Positions 61,810 to 64,000 of a stretch of 64,000 nt of DNA are shown here, one piece after another. Position numbers and translations under genes: made by a program. This DNA is from an uncultured Rhodovulum sp. (GTDB lineage Bacteria > Pseudomonadota > Alphaproteobacteria > Rhodobacterales > Rhodobacteraceae), in the NCBI GenBank assembly GCA_964383295.1, contig CAYLHK010000002.1, positions 31,043-95,042 on the forward strand. Direction: 5' to 3'. The notes beneath the pieces are model-generated. The model saw only the letters and a list, made by a program, of their open reading frames with translations, ran no database searches and had not been told where the DNA came from. Numbering within the stretch: position 1 is the first letter of the stretch; each line of letters begins with the position of its first letter.

Positions 61810-62846
61810 CCGACGCCCCCGACATCGCCATCGAATTTCGAAACGTCGAGAAGCGCTACGGCAGCGTCGTCGCCGTAGCAGGCATCGAGTTTGCCATCCG
61901 CAAGGGCGAACTCGTGACCTTCCTCGGCCCATCCGGCTGCGGCAAGACCACCTCGCTGCGGCTGGTGGCGGGGCTCGAGCTCCCCTCGGAGGGCCAGATC
62001 CTGATCGCCGGCCGCGACGTCAGCCGCGATCCGGCGTCGGAACGCAACGTCGGCATGGTCTTCCAGTCCTACGCACTCTTCCCGCACATGAGCGTGCTCG
62101 ACAACGTGGCCTATGCCCCGGTGATCCGCGGCGGCGACAAGGCGGCCGCCCGAAAGCGCGGGACCGAGATCCTGGGCATGCTCGGCCTCGGCGGGCTCGG
62201 GGACCGGCTCCCGTCCGAGCTCTCTGGGGGCCAGCAGCAGCGCGTGGCCGTCGCCCGCGCCATCGTCCAGCAGCCCGACGTGCTCCTCTTCGACGAGCCG
62301 CTCTCGAACGTCGACGCGAAGCTGCGCCGCCGCGTCCGCGCCGAGATCCGCGACCTGCAGCAGAAATTCGGCCTGACGGCGGTCTATGTCACCCACGACC
62401 AGGAGGAGGCGCTGGCGGTCTCCGACCGGATCGTGGTGATGGACCACGGTCGCATCGCCCAGATCGGCACGCCGCAGGACCTCTACGACCGACCGAATTC
62501 GCGCTTCGTCGCAGACTTCATCGGGGACGCCAATCTGATCGAGGGCGAGGTCGCGGGCGGGGTGTTCCGCGCGTCGGACCTCGAACTGCCCCTGCCCGGC
62601 CGCGACGGCCCCACGCTGGTCTCGGTCCGCCCCGAGCGGATCACAATCGAGCCCGCCGGCGATGCGCCGCGCGGCCGCGTGGTCTCGGCAAGCTTTCTGG
62701 GCAGCCGCACCGAATATGTGGTGGCCACCGGCTTTGGCGAAATGCTGGTCTCCGCGCCGATCTCCGCCGCGGCTTTCGCGCCCGGGACCAGCGTCACGCT
62801 GCGCATCGGCGCCGCGGTCCCCATCGCGGCCGAGGCCCGGGCCTGA
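61806..62846 (+). CDS. ABC ATPase (AfuC/FbpC-like)
   Basis: GPSGCGKT, LSGGQQQR, LFDEPLSN, YVTHDQ. Confidence 0.9.
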   Translation: MTDAPDIAIEFRNVEKRYGSVVAVAGIEFAIRKGELVTFLGPSGCGKTTSLRLVAGLELPSEGQILIAGRDVSRDPASERNVGMVFQSYALFPHMSVLDNVAYAPVIRGGDKAAARKRGTEILGMLGLGGLGDRLPSELSGGQQQRVAVARAIVQQPDVLLFDEPLSNVDAKLRRRVRAEIRDLQQKFGLTAVYVTHDQEEALAVSDRIVVMDHGRIAQIGTPQDLYDRPNSRFVADFIGDANLIEGEVAGGVFRASDLELPLPGRDGPTLVSVRPERITIEPAGDAPRGRVVSASFLGSRTEYVVATGFGEMLVSAPISAAAFAPGTSVTLRIGAAVPIAAEARA

Positions 62847-63047
62847 CCGCACAGGGGGCGAGGGGAACGCGCGACAAGCGTGCCCCAAACCTTTCCTAAT
62901 GGTTAGCGGCCCGGATTCTCGATTTTATATCAATGACCTGAAAAATGGGCACGCGTGCCCACCCGTGCCGGGGCACACCTGCGCGCGGGGTTGCATCGGC
63001 CCCGTCCCGCCCCCATCTGGCAAGAAGGAGAGGAGACCTTACCGGTG

Positions 63048-63524
63048 ATGCAGAACGTCTACGGACCCTTCGGCGCGATGTCCGGCCTGCCGGATCCTGA
63101 GCGCGATCCCCAGTTCTACGAAGGCGTGCCAACGCGCCGCGTCGTCGCCTGGGTGCTCGACCTCATCGTCATCCTTGTGGCCGGCGTTCCGGTCGCGTTG
63201 ATGTTCGGGATCGCGACCTTCGGCATCGGCCTCGCCCTCTTTCCCTTCGTCATCGCCGCCGTCGGCTTCCTCTATCGCTCGGCGACCATCGCCTCGGGCT
63301 CGGCGACCTGGGGGATGCGCATCATGGGGATCGAGCTGCGCCGCCACGACGGCAGCCGCTTCGACGCCACCACCGCCGTCCTGCACACGCTGATCTACTC
63401 GCTGGCACTCTGGACCGTGGTGCTTCAGGCGCTCAGCTGCCTGACCATCCTCTTCAGCCGCTACGGTCAGGGTCTCAACGACATCATCCTGCGCACGACG
63501 GCGATCAACCGCCCGATCGACTGA
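63048..63524 (+). CDS. RDD family membrane protein
   Basis: RRVVAWVLD, ATWGMRIMGI, LNDIIL. Confidence 0.82.
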   Translation: MQNVYGPFGAMSGLPDPERDPQFYEGVPTRRVVAWVLDLIVILVAGVPVALMFGIATFGIGLALFPFVIAAVGFLYRSATIASGSATWGMRIMGIELRRHDGSRFDATTAVLHTLIYSLALWTVVLQALSCLTILFSRYGQGLNDIILRTTAINRPID

Positions 63525-63630
63525 GCATCACCCGGGCGAGTGATTCATACAGGCCATAGAATCCAGTTGCCGGGCGCCGAGCCGTGTTGCTACGCTTTGT
63601 GACAAAAGGAGGGGACGGACCGGATAATCT

Positions 63631-64000
63631 ATGCGCCACAGCCTGCCACAGTCGCACCAGTTCTACGTCACGGCCCCGCAGCCCTGCCCCTATCTTCCGG
63701 GGCGGGTTGAGAGGAAGCTGTTCACTGCGCTTCAGGGCGAGGGTGGCGCACGGCTGAACGACGTGCTGTCGCACCAGGGCTTCCGGCGCTCGCAGAACGT
63801 GCTCTACCGGCCCTCCTGCGCTGGCTGTTCCGCCTGCCTGTCCGCCCGCATCGTCGCCAGCGACTTCGAGCCCGGCCGCGGCCAGCGCCGCGTGCTCGCC
63901 CGCAACGCCGATCTCGAGCGGGTCGTGCGCAGCCCCTGGGCCACCGAGCCGCAGTACGAGCTCTTCCGCCGCTACCTCGACGCCCGGCACGCGACCGGCG
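63631..64000 (+). CDS. Arginyl/leucyl-tRNA-protein transferase (Ate/Bpt family), partial
   Basis: Manual translation [44 protein letters not shown]; runs off the window. Confidence 0.9.
   Translation, partial: MRHSLPQSHQFYVTAPQPCPYLPGRVERKLFTALQGEGGARLNDVLSHQGFRRSQNVLYRPSCAGCSACLSARIVASDFEPGRGQRRVLARNADLERVVRSPWATEPQYELFRRYLDARHATG

Overview
GC-rich chromosomal window, most likely from a Rhodobacterales-type alphaproteobacterium (inferred from dusB-ntrB-ntrC, ispDF-pgpA-cinA, ratA/hpt and the flagellar genes). Positions 1-27.4 kb hold housekeeping and accessory genes: nitrogen regulation, a MarR/MFS islet, a PhnCDE-type ABC transporter, a frameshifted AraC regulator, four flagellar genes, acuI, tRNA-Gln, PMM/PGM, kdsA and a uracil-DNA glycosylase. 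The main feature is a ~25.7 kb, 20-gene, single-strand extracellular contractile injection system (eCIS) locus at 27847-53551. It encodes a sheath, tube, DUF4255 terminator, AAA ATPase, two DUF4157 proteins carrying different metallopeptidase-like C-termini, a split spike, gp25, two baseplate-J proteins and a beta-helix fibre. It has no capsid, terminase, integrase, lysis or T6SS membrane genes. Directly downstream is an unusual operon joining a Tat-exported xanthine-oxidase-family molybdoenzyme (iorAB-like) to soxX-soxY-soxZ-soxA, where SoxY has a non-canonical arm and soxB/soxCD are absent. An AfuABC-like transporter with a candidate Pho box follows. A ~91-bp element with 11-bp internal repeats occurs twice. 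All family assignments come from motif recognition by eye; no searches were run.
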